NCBI GenBank assembly: GCA_036338595.1
Contig: JAYZBV010000100.1
Coordinates: forward strand, 1 to 64,000
DNA length: 64,000 nt
DNA from: Planctomycetota bacterium
GTDB lineage: Bacteria > Planctomycetota > UBA8108 > UBA1146
Direction: 5' to 3'
Below the pieces are notes generated by a model, which saw nothing but the letters and a program-made list of their open reading frames with translations, was not told the origin of the DNA and made no database searches. A program made the translations under genes and the position numbers. Shown one piece after another: positions 50,096-59,716 of this stretch; position 1 is the first letter of the stretch, and each line of letters begins with the position of its first letter.

Positions 50096-52341
50096 CGGCG
50101 GTTTCCTTCCCTGCGTCGGCACGGAGATGCCGGTTCGCACGGCATCATCGACAAGGGTGAGCGTTCGAGCAAGGGATCCGTCTCATCGATTAGCGAAGTG
50201 GAATCGGGGCCAGCCCGGCTCTGCCATCTGGAAAGCGCCAGTGCCCTCTGCGTTGCGGGTGGCAGAGGACCCCTGCGTGCTGCCATCCAGCGCACTGGCG
50301 CGAGCCTCGAGATCCAGTCGGCGAGGCCCTCTGCAGGGGAGCCGTGGTGCGGCAGTAGCAACAGATCGATCGGCCCGGAAGCGAGGCTGGACGCCAGCAG
50401 AGCCGCTTCGGCATCTCCTGCGAGTAGCATCGAGTGCCGGAGCCCCAACAATTCCAGCACCAGCGACCTGTTGTTGGTCGAGATCGGCGGCCCTGCCCGC
50501 TGTGAACCTTGTGCCGAGATGGCACGAAGGTGCCAGCTTCCCAGTCGCAGTCGATCTCCCGCACCGATGTGCAGCACGGGGATCCCGCGCCGAGATGCGA
50601 TTCTTTCCAGTGCGCTTCCTGTCGCATCGAGCGAGAAACCGTCACTGACGATCAGTCCCCCGACGGAGCCAGTCTGGAGCAACTCCGGTACGGCAGAATA
50701 GTGATCGAGGTGGAGGTGCGAGATGATGATCCAGTCCGCTCTGTGTCGACCCAGCCGCCATAATTCCCGCCGGATCATCGCAGCACCGCCGTCGAGGGCA
50801 TCGATGGCGCCCGCATCGTAGAGCAGCGTCGAATCGGGTGCATCGAGAAGCAGGCACTGTCCGCGACCCGTAGGAAGCAGGCGAACTGATTCCACGCTGC
50901 CCATCGTTGCCGAGATGGAAAAGGCGCCCACCGCCAGCAGGGTCGTACCCAGTGCCAGTCGTAGCCGGCCAGCGCTGACCCAGAGGAGTGCCAGCATCCC
51001 CAGCGACAGTGCCGGTACTCCGATGCAAGGAGCCAGCCACGGGCTGCCGGGACATCGATCTGCGAGGCGGGGAATGCCGACGAGGATCCAGTCGAGTCCA
51101 TGCCAGCACGGCTCCAACCAGGAGACAGGCAGCAGCATTTCGGGCAGCATGTTGAGTAGCCCCAGCAGGATTCCTGCCCCGACAGGGGGCAGCATCAGCA
51201 GCGTGAAGATCGGTGACAACGGCGACAGTTCAGGACTCCACCATGCGAGAGCGACATGAGCGCCAAAGAATGCACCCAGTCCTGCAGAGAGGGTCGAGTG
51301 ATTTTCACCTCGACAGAATCCAACGACATGGATCCCCGCCACGGCGCTCAGTGAGATGGTGGCTGCCGGCGATGGTGGAGCCAATCCCATGGCACACCAG
51401 ATCAGCATCGAGAAGGACAGGGCGTGGAAAGGAGATGGGATCCTTCCACCCAGAAGTCCGCTGGCGAGCATCGCACCGGTCATGGCGGCACGAATCGCAG
51501 GAGGGTCTGCACCGGAGAGAAACGCCTGCCCAAGGACAAGGATCGCTCCGCAGCAGCGCAGCGAGTGCGACCAGGGAGGCCGAAGTCGTCTCGCCAGAGC
51601 CAGGAAGAAACCGAGTACGATGCCGATGTGCAATCCACTCACTGCCAGCAGATGTCCGAGCCCGGTTCTGCGCATCGTCCAGCGAGTCTCTGCATCCAGC
51701 AGTCCACGTTCTCCCAGCAGCAACGCACATCCCCAGGCACCATCCGCTGCCAACAGGCGATCGATGGCAGCCTGCCGCCAGTGATCGGCGCGCGCCATCC
51801 AGCCACCCGGCTCGATGATGTGCCAGTTTCTGGAGGAGCTCACCTGGCGATGACTTCCCGTTCCCGCTCGTAGAAGCAGATGCAGCCGATCTCCACGACC
51901 CACGCGGGCGGGCTCCGGCAGCGTGACGCTGATTTCCCCCTCGATCCGGAGGTCGCTGCAGCGGATCTGATCGATCTTGATGCGGGTATATAGATTCTGG
52001 TTTGCCAGCTGGCGTCGGCGTTGCCCCAGTCGAGGAGTCGAGGATACGATTCCATCGAGAGTGACAGGTCCAGAGGGCAAGACCGCTTCTTGCGGTTGCT
52101 GGCCTTGACCGAGATAGATGCCGATCAGTAACGGTAACAGCATGCGAAGCATCAGCGATCGAGGCCCAGGTAGGCAGCCGATTCCGGCGACCACCAGCAG
52201 CATCAGCGGAGTGCCAATTCCGTCAGGAAGCTTCCACAGCCAGGGTCCCAGTGTGCCGATCCAGAGAGACAACGCCGGAATCGCGAGCGGCGATCGGCTC
52301 GCTTCCCTCACTTCTGAACTCGAGATCCCTCGATGATTCAT
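50047..52341 (-). CDS. comEC: ComEC/Rec2 DNA-uptake channel with metallo-beta-lactamase domain
   Basis: GLGHLLAVSGLHIG, PPAIRA, LLYDAG, ISHLHLDH (HxHxDH), NNRSLV, LLAGD and PHHGS. Confidence 0.9.
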   Translation of the reverse strand: MNHRGISSSEVREASRSPLAIPALSLWIGTLGPWLWKLPDGIGTPLMLLVVAGIGCLPGPRSLMLRMLLPLLIGIYLGQGQQPQEAVLPSGPVTLDGIVSSTPRLGQRRRQLANQNLYTRIKIDQIRCSDLRIEGEISVTLPEPARVGRGDRLHLLLRAGTGSHRQVSSSRNWHIIEPGGWMARADHWRQAAIDRLLAADGAWGCALLLGERGLLDAETRWTMRRTGLGHLLAVSGLHIGIVLGFFLALARRLRPPWSHSLRCCGAILVLGQAFLSGADPPAIRAAMTGAMLASGLLGGRIPSPFHALSFSMLIWCAMGLAPPSPAATISLSAVAGIHVVGFCRGENHSTLSAGLGAFFGAHVALAWWSPELSPLSPIFTLLMLPPVGAGILLGLLNMLPEMLLPVSWLEPCWHGLDWILVGIPRLADRCPGSPWLAPCIGVPALSLGMLALLWVSAGRLRLALGTTLLAVGAFSISATMGSVESVRLLPTGRGQCLLLDAPDSTLLYDAGAIDALDGGAAMIRRELWRLGRHRADWIIISHLHLDHYSAVPELLQTGSVGGLIVSDGFSLDATGSALERIASRRGIPVLHIGAGDRLRLGSWHLRAISAQGSQRAGPPISTNNRSLVLELLGLRHSMLLAGDAEAALLASSLASGPIDLLLLPHHGSPAEGLADWISRLAPVRWMAARRGPLPPATQRALALSRWQSRAGPDSTSLIDETDPLLERSPLSMMPCEPASPCRRREGNRRWWLEARSRRFRISVR

Positions 52342-52542
52342 GACCGCGCTCGCCTCCGCCGGGCCATATCAGGCTGTATGGCTGCTTTTCCATGAAAACC
52401 GGCGAGCACTCCCCCCGGGACACAACTCAGGAGTGTCAGGTTGCTCATGACAGCGCTGCGAACCAGTCAGCAGATGCATTCAATGCCCGGATCTGGTCGA
52501 ATGGAGGGGCATCGCGGATCCGGATGCTCGGAAGGATGCCTC

Positions 52543-55500
52543 ATGTCCAGAAACTCACTGATCGCCGTCGGGCTGGTCGTTGCACTGGCGTTCCTCATCG
52601 GCATCTTTCTGGGCGATCAGTCCAGCGCTCCTCCTTTCGTCGAGCGAGCGCAAGATGAAGAAGTGACTGTCGACGGCGAGTTCGTCAGTGGTGAGCCGCT
52701 GATTACGGATACGGATCAGGCAGGCGTTGAGGAGCAGCCCCCCGCGCAAGTGTGGGGCATCATCTCGGCACCCGAGGGAGGCGTGGCTCCGCTGGCCGAG
52801 GTTTCCATCTACAGGGTTCGATTTCCCGATCGCTTCATCGACCGTGGAGGAGTCTCGCTATTCGAGGTCATCGACTGGGACGAGGTTCGCTCGGTCGGTT
52901 CTCGACTGACAAGGCTGCCGCTTCGTAATGAACTGGGCAACTCGCTGCAACGGGTCTCGGAGACCCTCGCGGATGACCGGGGTCGGTATCAGTTTCACGG
53001 CCTCGATGCGGGAAGTTATCTGGTCGCTGCATCCGCAGCCGGTTCCTTATTGACTCCAGCGCAGCAATTGATCGAGTTGGCGGATTCGGTAAAGCGCCAG
53101 GATCTGATGCTGTTGCCAGGGGCAAGCCTGACGGTTCGAACCAGGAGCGCTTCGGGAGTAGAGGCTGAGTGTCGTGTCATCGTCAGAGGGACGATGGTCG
53201 ACTCGTCTGCGGGTAATGAAACCTGGTACCTGTCGCGAGAGGAACTGCTTCTCTACATGCTCAACCCTCCGATGCTGGAGGGGAAAACCGATGCCGATGG
53301 TGTGGTCCAGTTTGACCACCTTCCACCGCTTGAGTACACCGTCTATGCACAGAAGCCACCGCTTGCACAGGCGAGCAAGAGATTGAATCTGATCGATGCT
53401 CGAGAGATCACCCTCGAACTGGTCCCCGGTGCGCTGATCGATGGCATGGTGTTCACCGTCGATGGAACCGCAGTCGAAGGCAGCATCGTCAAACTGGTGG
53501 AGTCGGGACGCAACCGCTGGGGAGAAGTGCCACGCCCACTGCCCGAGACGATCAGTGACGCTGCAGGGCGTTTCCTGTTGCAGGGCGTTCCACCGGGCAG
53601 TTTCGAGATCGTCACGGAGGCGAAGGGATTCATCGAAGGCCGTGTGACCGGCATCGAGGTGGAATCCGATGAGACGATCCCGGTCGAGGTTGTGCTCGAG
53701 CAGGGTGCGGTGATCCGGGGTATCGTCCGAGATGGGGCTGGCGCGCCGCTACCTGGCATCGATGTCGCTGCCGAGACCACTGCTCGTGGTGGTCGCCCGG
53801 CAACCAAGGTGGTGACCGATGAAGCGGGACAGTTCAACATCGATACCTTGACGCCAGGCGAGTACCGCCTCACCTGCTCCGGTTCCGGCTGGCGCCGCTC
53901 CCGAGAAAGGGTCGAGACGGGACCTGAACTGGTCGAGGTGACCCTTGATGAGGCACCAGTACTGACGGGAAGGGTGATCCAACCCGGCGGTGAACCGATC
54001 TCGCGCGCACTGGTGCAGATCGATCAGAACTGGGGCGGTGGAGACTCCACATCTTCAGATTCTGAGGGGCGTTTTCGGCTGGTGCTGGAGGTGGGTGGAG
54101 ATCGCATCGTCGTCACGGCTCGTGGCTTCGCAAGATTCAGCCAGGACATCCTCGATGAGGGGGGTGACCTGGGGGATCTGGTGCTGTCACCGGCGGAACT
54201 GGTCGAGGGGCTGGTCCTGTCACCCGATGGCAGCCCGCTCTCCGGAGCACGGGTCACTGCATCGGAGCAGGTCGAAGGATCGCGGCGGCAACGTCGAGCC
54301 AGCAGCACCGCCTGGTCGGATGTCAACGGCAGTTTCAAACTCGAACTTCCGCAGCCAGATCGGCGCTGGGGGATCAAGGGTTCCTTTCCGCTGCTTCTTG
54401 AGAGTGATGTGCTGACCGTCGAACCCCGGGGCAACAACGTCACAGGAGTGCAATTGGTCCTGCGATGGGGCGCTGAAGTGAGTGGGACCGTGGTTGGAGA
54501 AGGCGTCGCTGTCGTGGGTGCTTCAGTGACTCTTTCCTACGGAAGAAGTCGAAACAGAAATCGCAGTGCGAGAACCGATGAAGCAGGTCAGTTCATGATT
54601 CGAGGTCTCGAGGCGGGGACCTTTTCTCTCAGAGCGAGTGCCGAAGGCTTTGGAGATGCGAGAATTGATCAGATCGTTCTTGCCCCCGATGAACAGCGAC
54701 GAGTCGAGATCCAGTTACGACGCGAGGCCGAACTCACGGGGATTGTCATCGATCATTTCGGTGCTCCGATGGCCTCGGTTCGGGTTTCGGTGTCCGATTC
54801 TTCCGGTGCCTGGCGACGAAGCAATACCGCTGACGATGGGCGCTTTTCCATCGATCAGCTGGCTCCTGGCCTGGTCAATATCCGTGCCGAGGCTACCGGA
54901 TTCATGCGGTCGACGCTGAGCGATATCGATCCTGCACTCGGGCCCATCGAGATCGTCATGGATCGCAGCTATGAACTGAGGGGATTTGTCGTCGATGCCG
55001 AGACGGGAGACCCCATCTCCCGCGCGCGGGTGTCTGCACAGCGAGAAGGTACTCGCGGCAGCTGGGATAGAGCCAGTCGGGAGGGGTTGTTCCGCATCGA
55101 CGGACTGCGAGCGGGTCAGTACCGGGTGAGTGCTTCTGCGGATGGATTCATCAGCGCCAGCTTCAACATCGAGGTCCCTGGCAATGATCCCGAGGAGTTG
55201 ATCGTGATCGAACTGGAGCCAGGGGGCAGGATCATCGTCGATGTCGTCGACCTGGCAGGAGCTTCGGTGGAGGGGGCCAGCCTGCGCGCCTATCGCCTCG
55301 AAGACGACGCAGTGGGGGGGTCGGAGGCCTCGAGTCGCAGTTCTTCACGTTCCGATGCCAGAGCCTCGACCGACGTGGGAGGCCGAGGCACTCTCGTTGG
55401 GCTCATCGATGGGTTCTATCGCGTGTCGATTGACCATGCGATGTACATCCCGACTCAATCCGTTGCGATACTGAAGAAGATCGAGGGGAGCGCCCGGGTT

Positions 55501-55767
55501 CGAGTGGTTCTCGAGCGCGGCGCATCCATCCGTGGTCAGGTCAGAGATGCATCAGGTAATCTGGTCAGGAACGGTCGCATCGTTGCCAGGGGCCCTGTAC
55601 GACGAAGCGGCTCCGTGGACGATTCGGGTAATTATTCGATAGCCGGACTGGTCGAGGGAAGCTACGAGGTCGCTTTCGATGATCGTAGATATGATCTGGA
55701 TCCTGCTCCCCGCGGGCAGATTGAAGTGAGCGGAACCGAGCAGCGCATCCTTGATCTGCGCCCCTGA
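52543..55767 (+). CDS. Large membrane-anchored protein with many carboxypeptidase-regulatory-like (beta-sandwich) repeats
   Basis: N-terminal TM helix; about 10-11 repeats of G-x-V...G-x-P-x-x-x-A-x-V...(T/S)D-x-x-G-x-F-x-x-x-x-L-x-x-G-x-Y. Confidence 0.85.
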   Translation: MSRNSLIAVGLVVALAFLIGIFLGDQSSAPPFVERAQDEEVTVDGEFVSGEPLITDTDQAGVEEQPPAQVWGIISAPEGGVAPLAEVSIYRVRFPDRFIDRGGVSLFEVIDWDEVRSVGSRLTRLPLRNELGNSLQRVSETLADDRGRYQFHGLDAGSYLVAASAAGSLLTPAQQLIELADSVKRQDLMLLPGASLTVRTRSASGVEAECRVIVRGTMVDSSAGNETWYLSREELLLYMLNPPMLEGKTDADGVVQFDHLPPLEYTVYAQKPPLAQASKRLNLIDAREITLELVPGALIDGMVFTVDGTAVEGSIVKLVESGRNRWGEVPRPLPETISDAAGRFLLQGVPPGSFEIVTEAKGFIEGRVTGIEVESDETIPVEVVLEQGAVIRGIVRDGAGAPLPGIDVAAETTARGGRPATKVVTDEAGQFNIDTLTPGEYRLTCSGSGWRRSRERVETGPELVEVTLDEAPVLTGRVIQPGGEPISRALVQIDQNWGGGDSTSSDSEGRFRLVLEVGGDRIVVTARGFARFSQDILDEGGDLGDLVLSPAELVEGLVLSPDGSPLSGARVTASEQVEGSRRQRRASSTAWSDVNGSFKLELPQPDRRWGIKGSFPLLLESDVLTVEPRGNNVTGVQLVLRWGAEVSGTVVGEGVAVVGASVTLSYGRSRNRNRSARTDEAGQFMIRGLEAGTFSLRASAEGFGDARIDQIVLAPDEQRRVEIQLRREAELTGIVIDHFGAPMASVRVSVSDSSGAWRRSNTADDGRFSIDQLAPGLVNIRAEATGFMRSTLSDIDPALGPIEIVMDRSYELRGFVVDAETGDPISRARVSAQREGTRGSWDRASREGLFRIDGLRAGQYRVSASADGFISASFNIEVPGNDPEELIVIELEPGGRIIVDVVDLAGASVEGASLRAYRLEDDAVGGSEASSRSSSRSDARASTDVGGRGTLVGLIDGFYRVSIDHAMYIPTQSVAILKKIEGSARVRVVLERGASIRGQVRDASGNLVRNGRIVARGPVRRSGSVDDSGNYSIAGLVEGSYEVAFDDRRYDLDPAPRGQIEVSGTEQRILDLRP

Positions 55768-55947
55768 AAGCACTTTCCGAATCCCCGGTATTCCTCGGTA
55801 CATCCCACCCGATTGGCCTTTTGTGGCAAATTTCGTTATTATTCAAGGGACGCTGCATCCGGATCTTTGAGTTCTTTCCCTCCCGCTGGAGCGGATCGAG
55901 TCGGAATCTTGTCAGTAGTTGCGTCCGGAGGCCCGGAAGGATCCAGC

Positions 55948-57630
55948 ATGATCGACAATTTCTCTGGCGATCGCCCTCGATATCTCCTGCTGAGTAAGGG
56001 TCTGATGCGATTTCTGGTCGCTGTATTCCTCTTTTCGACGGCCAGCACCATCCACATCTTCATGGCCGGTCCGGGAGCGTCAGCACTCGGGACTGCATTC
56101 TCGACGAACTCGCTGGAGACAGCAGAAGTTGCGAATCCAAACGGTGATATCGAAGCGCCAGAGGCCGCCTCTCAGGATGACGATGTCCCGAAGCCGAAAC
56201 TCACCGAGCAAGAAGCAGCGATGCAGATCATCAGCGTCGAGGCTCGCATTCCTGAAGATGTGCGAAAGCCAGTCGGGATGACGCTGAGAGAACTGCAAGA
56301 CCTGACCGACCAGACTCTGATTCGTGGGGAGAAGTACCTGCAGGATTTTCCTGAGGGGGACTCCCGGTCACAGGTGATACCGATCCTTTGCCGTCTCTAC
56401 CTGATGAACTCGAGTCGAACCTTCATCGATGCCACCCGCCTCTACAAGGAGCGTACAGGAACCAGTCCGGATCCATCCTGGATCAAGGTCTTGCGGGCCA
56501 ATTACTTCACCCGGATCCTCGGTCATCTCGAAGAGGCGCTGGCCGGTATTGACGAGGGGGAGAGCGACTGCAAGCTGGTCCGCTTGAAAGCAGATACCTT
56601 CTGGCACTCCCAGCAGTACTCCCGCGCCATAGCGCAGTACAGACTCCTGGTGGAACGCTGCTCCTCGATGGGGGACCTGGATGTGGTGCGCTGCGCATTG
56701 CTCAATTCTCAACTGCGTGACCATGACCATTCGGGCGCGGTATCGACTGCAGACTCGTTTCTTGCAAACCATAGTGACTCGGAATTGCTGCCTCATGTCT
56801 TGCATCTGCGAGGCAAGGCGCTGATGGAAGCGGGGCGATTGCTGGATGCTCTCGCCTGGTGGAAATCAATCGAAGATGTCATCCATGCTGCTGCCACTGG
56901 AGCAGCTGTGGTTCTCGGTGGAGAGACGGTTCCCATCAGTGCCAAGACGCGAGCAGACTTTCAGCGCTACCACGAAGAAATCAACTTCACTCTCGGGTTC
57001 ATCGAGTTTGCGCTGGGTGAGTATCGCTCAGCGGAACAGAGTTTCCGCGAGGAGAAGGATCTTCTGCTCGCACGCCAGAGCGAGAACTTGATCACCAATG
57101 TTGGTCAGGTTTATATCAATCGAACAGATCGAGTTTACGACAGCCTTGTTCGGCTTGCCGGAAAACCTTCGCCGCCACTCGATCTCGGGGACGGTTGGAT
57201 TGCGAATGTGTCGCTCGATCCGATCCAGGAACAGGGCAATGTGGTGCTGCTGCTCTTTGCACCGTACGAAAATGTACGCTACCGAGATGTGCTCAAGAAA
57301 TTACAAGAACTCTATAATGCTCACTGGCACGAAGGCCTGAGAGTTGCATGGGTTGCCATCCCCAAGGGGCAGAACGATCTGCCCGGGCAGATGGCGAAGC
57401 TGGCTCATGACGCATCCAGCAAGGGACTCGCCTTTCCTGTGGGGATGGAACTCGACAAGGATTACTCGAATTACAGGGCCTATAACTGCGCCGTGGGAGG
57501 CGGAACCCTGGTCGCCATAGATCGCAAGGGCAACTTCTGCTGGTACAAGATGGATCCGACCTTTCGCGATGATTCGATCATCTCCGTCGTAGCCAGGCGC
57601 CTGCTAGAATCGGACTCCGGGCAGAAGTAG
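55948..57630 (+). CDS. Exported TPR-repeat protein with C-terminal redoxin/TlpA-like domain lacking CxxC
   Basis: Hydrophobic N-terminal segment; TPR-like helices (YLQDFPEG, FLANHSDSELLPHVL); C-terminus LAGKPSPPL...GNVVLLLFAPY...LQELY...LAFPVG...LVAIDRKG; start uncertain (55948 or downstream). Confidence 0.65.
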   Translation: MIDNFSGDRPRYLLLSKGLMRFLVAVFLFSTASTIHIFMAGPGASALGTAFSTNSLETAEVANPNGDIEAPEAASQDDDVPKPKLTEQEAAMQIISVEARIPEDVRKPVGMTLRELQDLTDQTLIRGEKYLQDFPEGDSRSQVIPILCRLYLMNSSRTFIDATRLYKERTGTSPDPSWIKVLRANYFTRILGHLEEALAGIDEGESDCKLVRLKADTFWHSQQYSRAIAQYRLLVERCSSMGDLDVVRCALLNSQLRDHDHSGAVSTADSFLANHSDSELLPHVLHLRGKALMEAGRLLDALAWWKSIEDVIHAAATGAAVVLGGETVPISAKTRADFQRYHEEINFTLGFIEFALGEYRSAEQSFREEKDLLLARQSENLITNVGQVYINRTDRVYDSLVRLAGKPSPPLDLGDGWIANVSLDPIQEQGNVVLLLFAPYENVRYRDVLKKLQELYNAHWHEGLRVAWVAIPKGQNDLPGQMAKLAHDASSKGLAFPVGMELDKDYSNYRAYNCAVGGGTLVAIDRKGNFCWYKMDPTFRDDSIISVVARRLLESDSGQK

Positions 57631-57734
57631 GGCATTCATCCGCCCCCTGTTGAGGGGATACAATAGATCTCGATCAAGGCAGGTACCCTGAAGAGGGTCT
57701 CTGCTGCGTTTTGGCTGACTGAAGGAGTCTGAAG

Positions 57735-59522
57735 ATGCGCCTGTCTGCGAGATCTCTGCTGCTGGGGCTGCTGCTGACCGCCTTTCCATGCTCGATGGTG
57801 GTGGTCGCATCCTGGGACGCCGACGTTGAGCGCTCGACTGCCGCACCTTCCTCCTCGGATGACGAGAAGCCGCCGACTGCCAAGGAACTGAAGAAACTGA
57901 TCCAGCAGGCTGCGATGTCGGGGGATGCTGCGGCTCTCGCAGAGGTGCTTCGAACCGTGGGCAAACTGCCCGGCCGCGAAGGCGCTGCTGCAGTGCTTTC
58001 CACGGCAGCCTCGCTCTCTTCCGGACCCGATGACATCTACTGGTTCTTGCTCCAGGGCGTGGCAGGGTTCAAGGGCCCTGAAGCATTCACGGAGATGGGT
58101 GAGTTCGTCCTGCGCTACAAGTCGAAGCCAGTATCGCGCGATCTTCTCAACTCCCTGTCCAGGTGTCGGTCGAGGTATGTCAACAGGGTGATCCGACGGG
58201 TGCTGGAGCGTGGCAGTGTCGATATGCAACTGATGGCGGTCGACATCGCTGCCGGAGTTCCTGTCCGGCGAACCGTCGATGTGTTGATGCCAGTGCTGGA
58301 GAGGGAGGCTGCCAAGGAGCGTGGCGGCAAGAAGCCACCGACCCCCCTCAAACTCGCCATCATCTCTGCCCTGGAAGCGCTGACCAAGCAACAACTAGGA
58401 GATAGCCTCATCAACTGGCAAGGCTGGTGGGCCAAGGAGCGGGTCCGGGGACTCAAGACGATCCGAGATGAAGCCGAGGACCACCCTGCAACGACCGGGC
58501 TTGCGCGTCCCCTCGATCCTGTTCGGGCGCGTCAATTTCTCGGTCTCGAGGAGATGCCAGCAGGATCAGTACTGGTGGTCAAAGGTCCCAGGGCGGCGAA
58601 CGGATTCGATACCAACTACGATCACATCGAAGCAGTCCTCGATCGAATCCGAGTTGCCAACACCGTGGTCCTGAAGGAGGAACTGGAAGACCCTGCCTTC
58701 TCCCTCGATGGAGTGGCAGCGATCTTCATCAACTGCAGTCAGATTCACAAGTTCTGTCAGAGCCCCGGTCACACGGCGGGAGCCTATACCGGCAAGCGGC
58801 TCCACAGGTGTGAAGGCCCGGCACCCCACGACACGGTCCAGTTCAAGATGAAGCAGAAAGCGATCGAGAAGCTGGTCAAGTGGGTGGAAAAGGGTGGTTA
58901 CCTCTTCACCGAGGATTGGGTGCTGGTCGAACTCCTGGAGATTGGATTTAGCCGCTACGTTCGTTCCGGTAGCCCACTCGAGGGGGCAGAGGTCTCCATC
59001 CATCCGGAACGTGGAATGACGGCACATCCGATGCTCAGGGGGGTGTTCATCGCTCCCGTCGATCTGGACGCATTGCGGCGCGAACGCTGGGCCGGCTATG
59101 ACGACGATGAAGATGATGACGATGACGAAGATGAGTATGACCCGACCGTGGAGGATGATCCTGGTGATGTAGATCGAGAGCGCGGAAAAACTGCCGTGGG
59201 AGATGGAGAAGCGGCGACCGATCCATCGGAGATCGAGGATCCAGACATTCGCATGATCGATCACCGGTGGAAGATCGACAAGGAGAGTCCTTCTCTGGAC
59301 ATCCAGTCAAAGAAGGTCCAGGTGCTCGTGGAGTCAGAACAGTTGCGGCAGATGTGCGGCGAGGGTGCGGTGGCGATCACATTCCCGGTTGGAAGAGGTC
59401 GCGTGCTTCACGTGCTGTCGCATTTCGGGAAACAGAGCAGTTCCGACAACGAGGCCACGATCGAGAATATTCTCGTCAATTTCCTTCTACAGGTGAGGAT
59501 TCGAGCCAGCGGAACACGCTGA
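57735..59522 (+). CDS. Uncharacterised exported protein: HEAT-like N-domain + class I GATase-like alpha/beta domain with acidic insertion
   Basis: Signal peptide and AAGGAG RBS; ALEALTKQQLG...WQGWW; YDHIEAVL, IFINC, WVEKGGYLFTEDW and GRGRVLHVLSHF; DDDEDDDDDEDE tract. Confidence 0.6.
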   Translation: MRLSARSLLLGLLLTAFPCSMVVVASWDADVERSTAAPSSSDDEKPPTAKELKKLIQQAAMSGDAAALAEVLRTVGKLPGREGAAAVLSTAASLSSGPDDIYWFLLQGVAGFKGPEAFTEMGEFVLRYKSKPVSRDLLNSLSRCRSRYVNRVIRRVLERGSVDMQLMAVDIAAGVPVRRTVDVLMPVLEREAAKERGGKKPPTPLKLAIISALEALTKQQLGDSLINWQGWWAKERVRGLKTIRDEAEDHPATTGLARPLDPVRARQFLGLEEMPAGSVLVVKGPRAANGFDTNYDHIEAVLDRIRVANTVVLKEELEDPAFSLDGVAAIFINCSQIHKFCQSPGHTAGAYTGKRLHRCEGPAPHDTVQFKMKQKAIEKLVKWVEKGGYLFTEDWVLVELLEIGFSRYVRSGSPLEGAEVSIHPERGMTAHPMLRGVFIAPVDLDALRRERWAGYDDDEDDDDDEDEYDPTVEDDPGDVDRERGKTAVGDGEAATDPSEIEDPDIRMIDHRWKIDKESPSLDIQSKKVQVLVESEQLRQMCGEGAVAITFPVGRGRVLHVLSHFGKQSSSDNEATIENILVNFLLQVRIRASGTR

Positions 59523-59607
59523 ATCGACGCATCGAGTCCGGTGTTGCTTTCTGCCCGGGTCGACGCTGGAAGAGCAAATCCGCTCAAGTTGTCTCTCTGT
59601 GCTCAAG

Positions 59608-59636
59608 TTGACTCCCTTGTGGCCAGGGACTACCTT
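59608..59636 (+). promoter_or_regulatory. Putative sigma70 promoter for lptD-coaD-ridA-oppD
   Basis: TTGACT (59608-59613), a 17-nt spacer, then TACCTT (59631-59636). Confidence 0.45.
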
Positions 59637-59716
59637 GCTGATCGGTTCCGGGACCTGCACCCGGAGGGGGATGCCTTCAGGCGAGCGCGGTTTGGATCTG
59701 CACGATCCAGGGTGGG

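Noticed and set aside
49574..50701. 375-aa plus-strand ORF
   Set aside because: Antisense to the well-supported mtnA and comEC genes; no motifs.
57643..57657. Rho-independent terminator (CCCCT-GTTG-AGGGG)
   Set aside because: Short stem with no U-tract.
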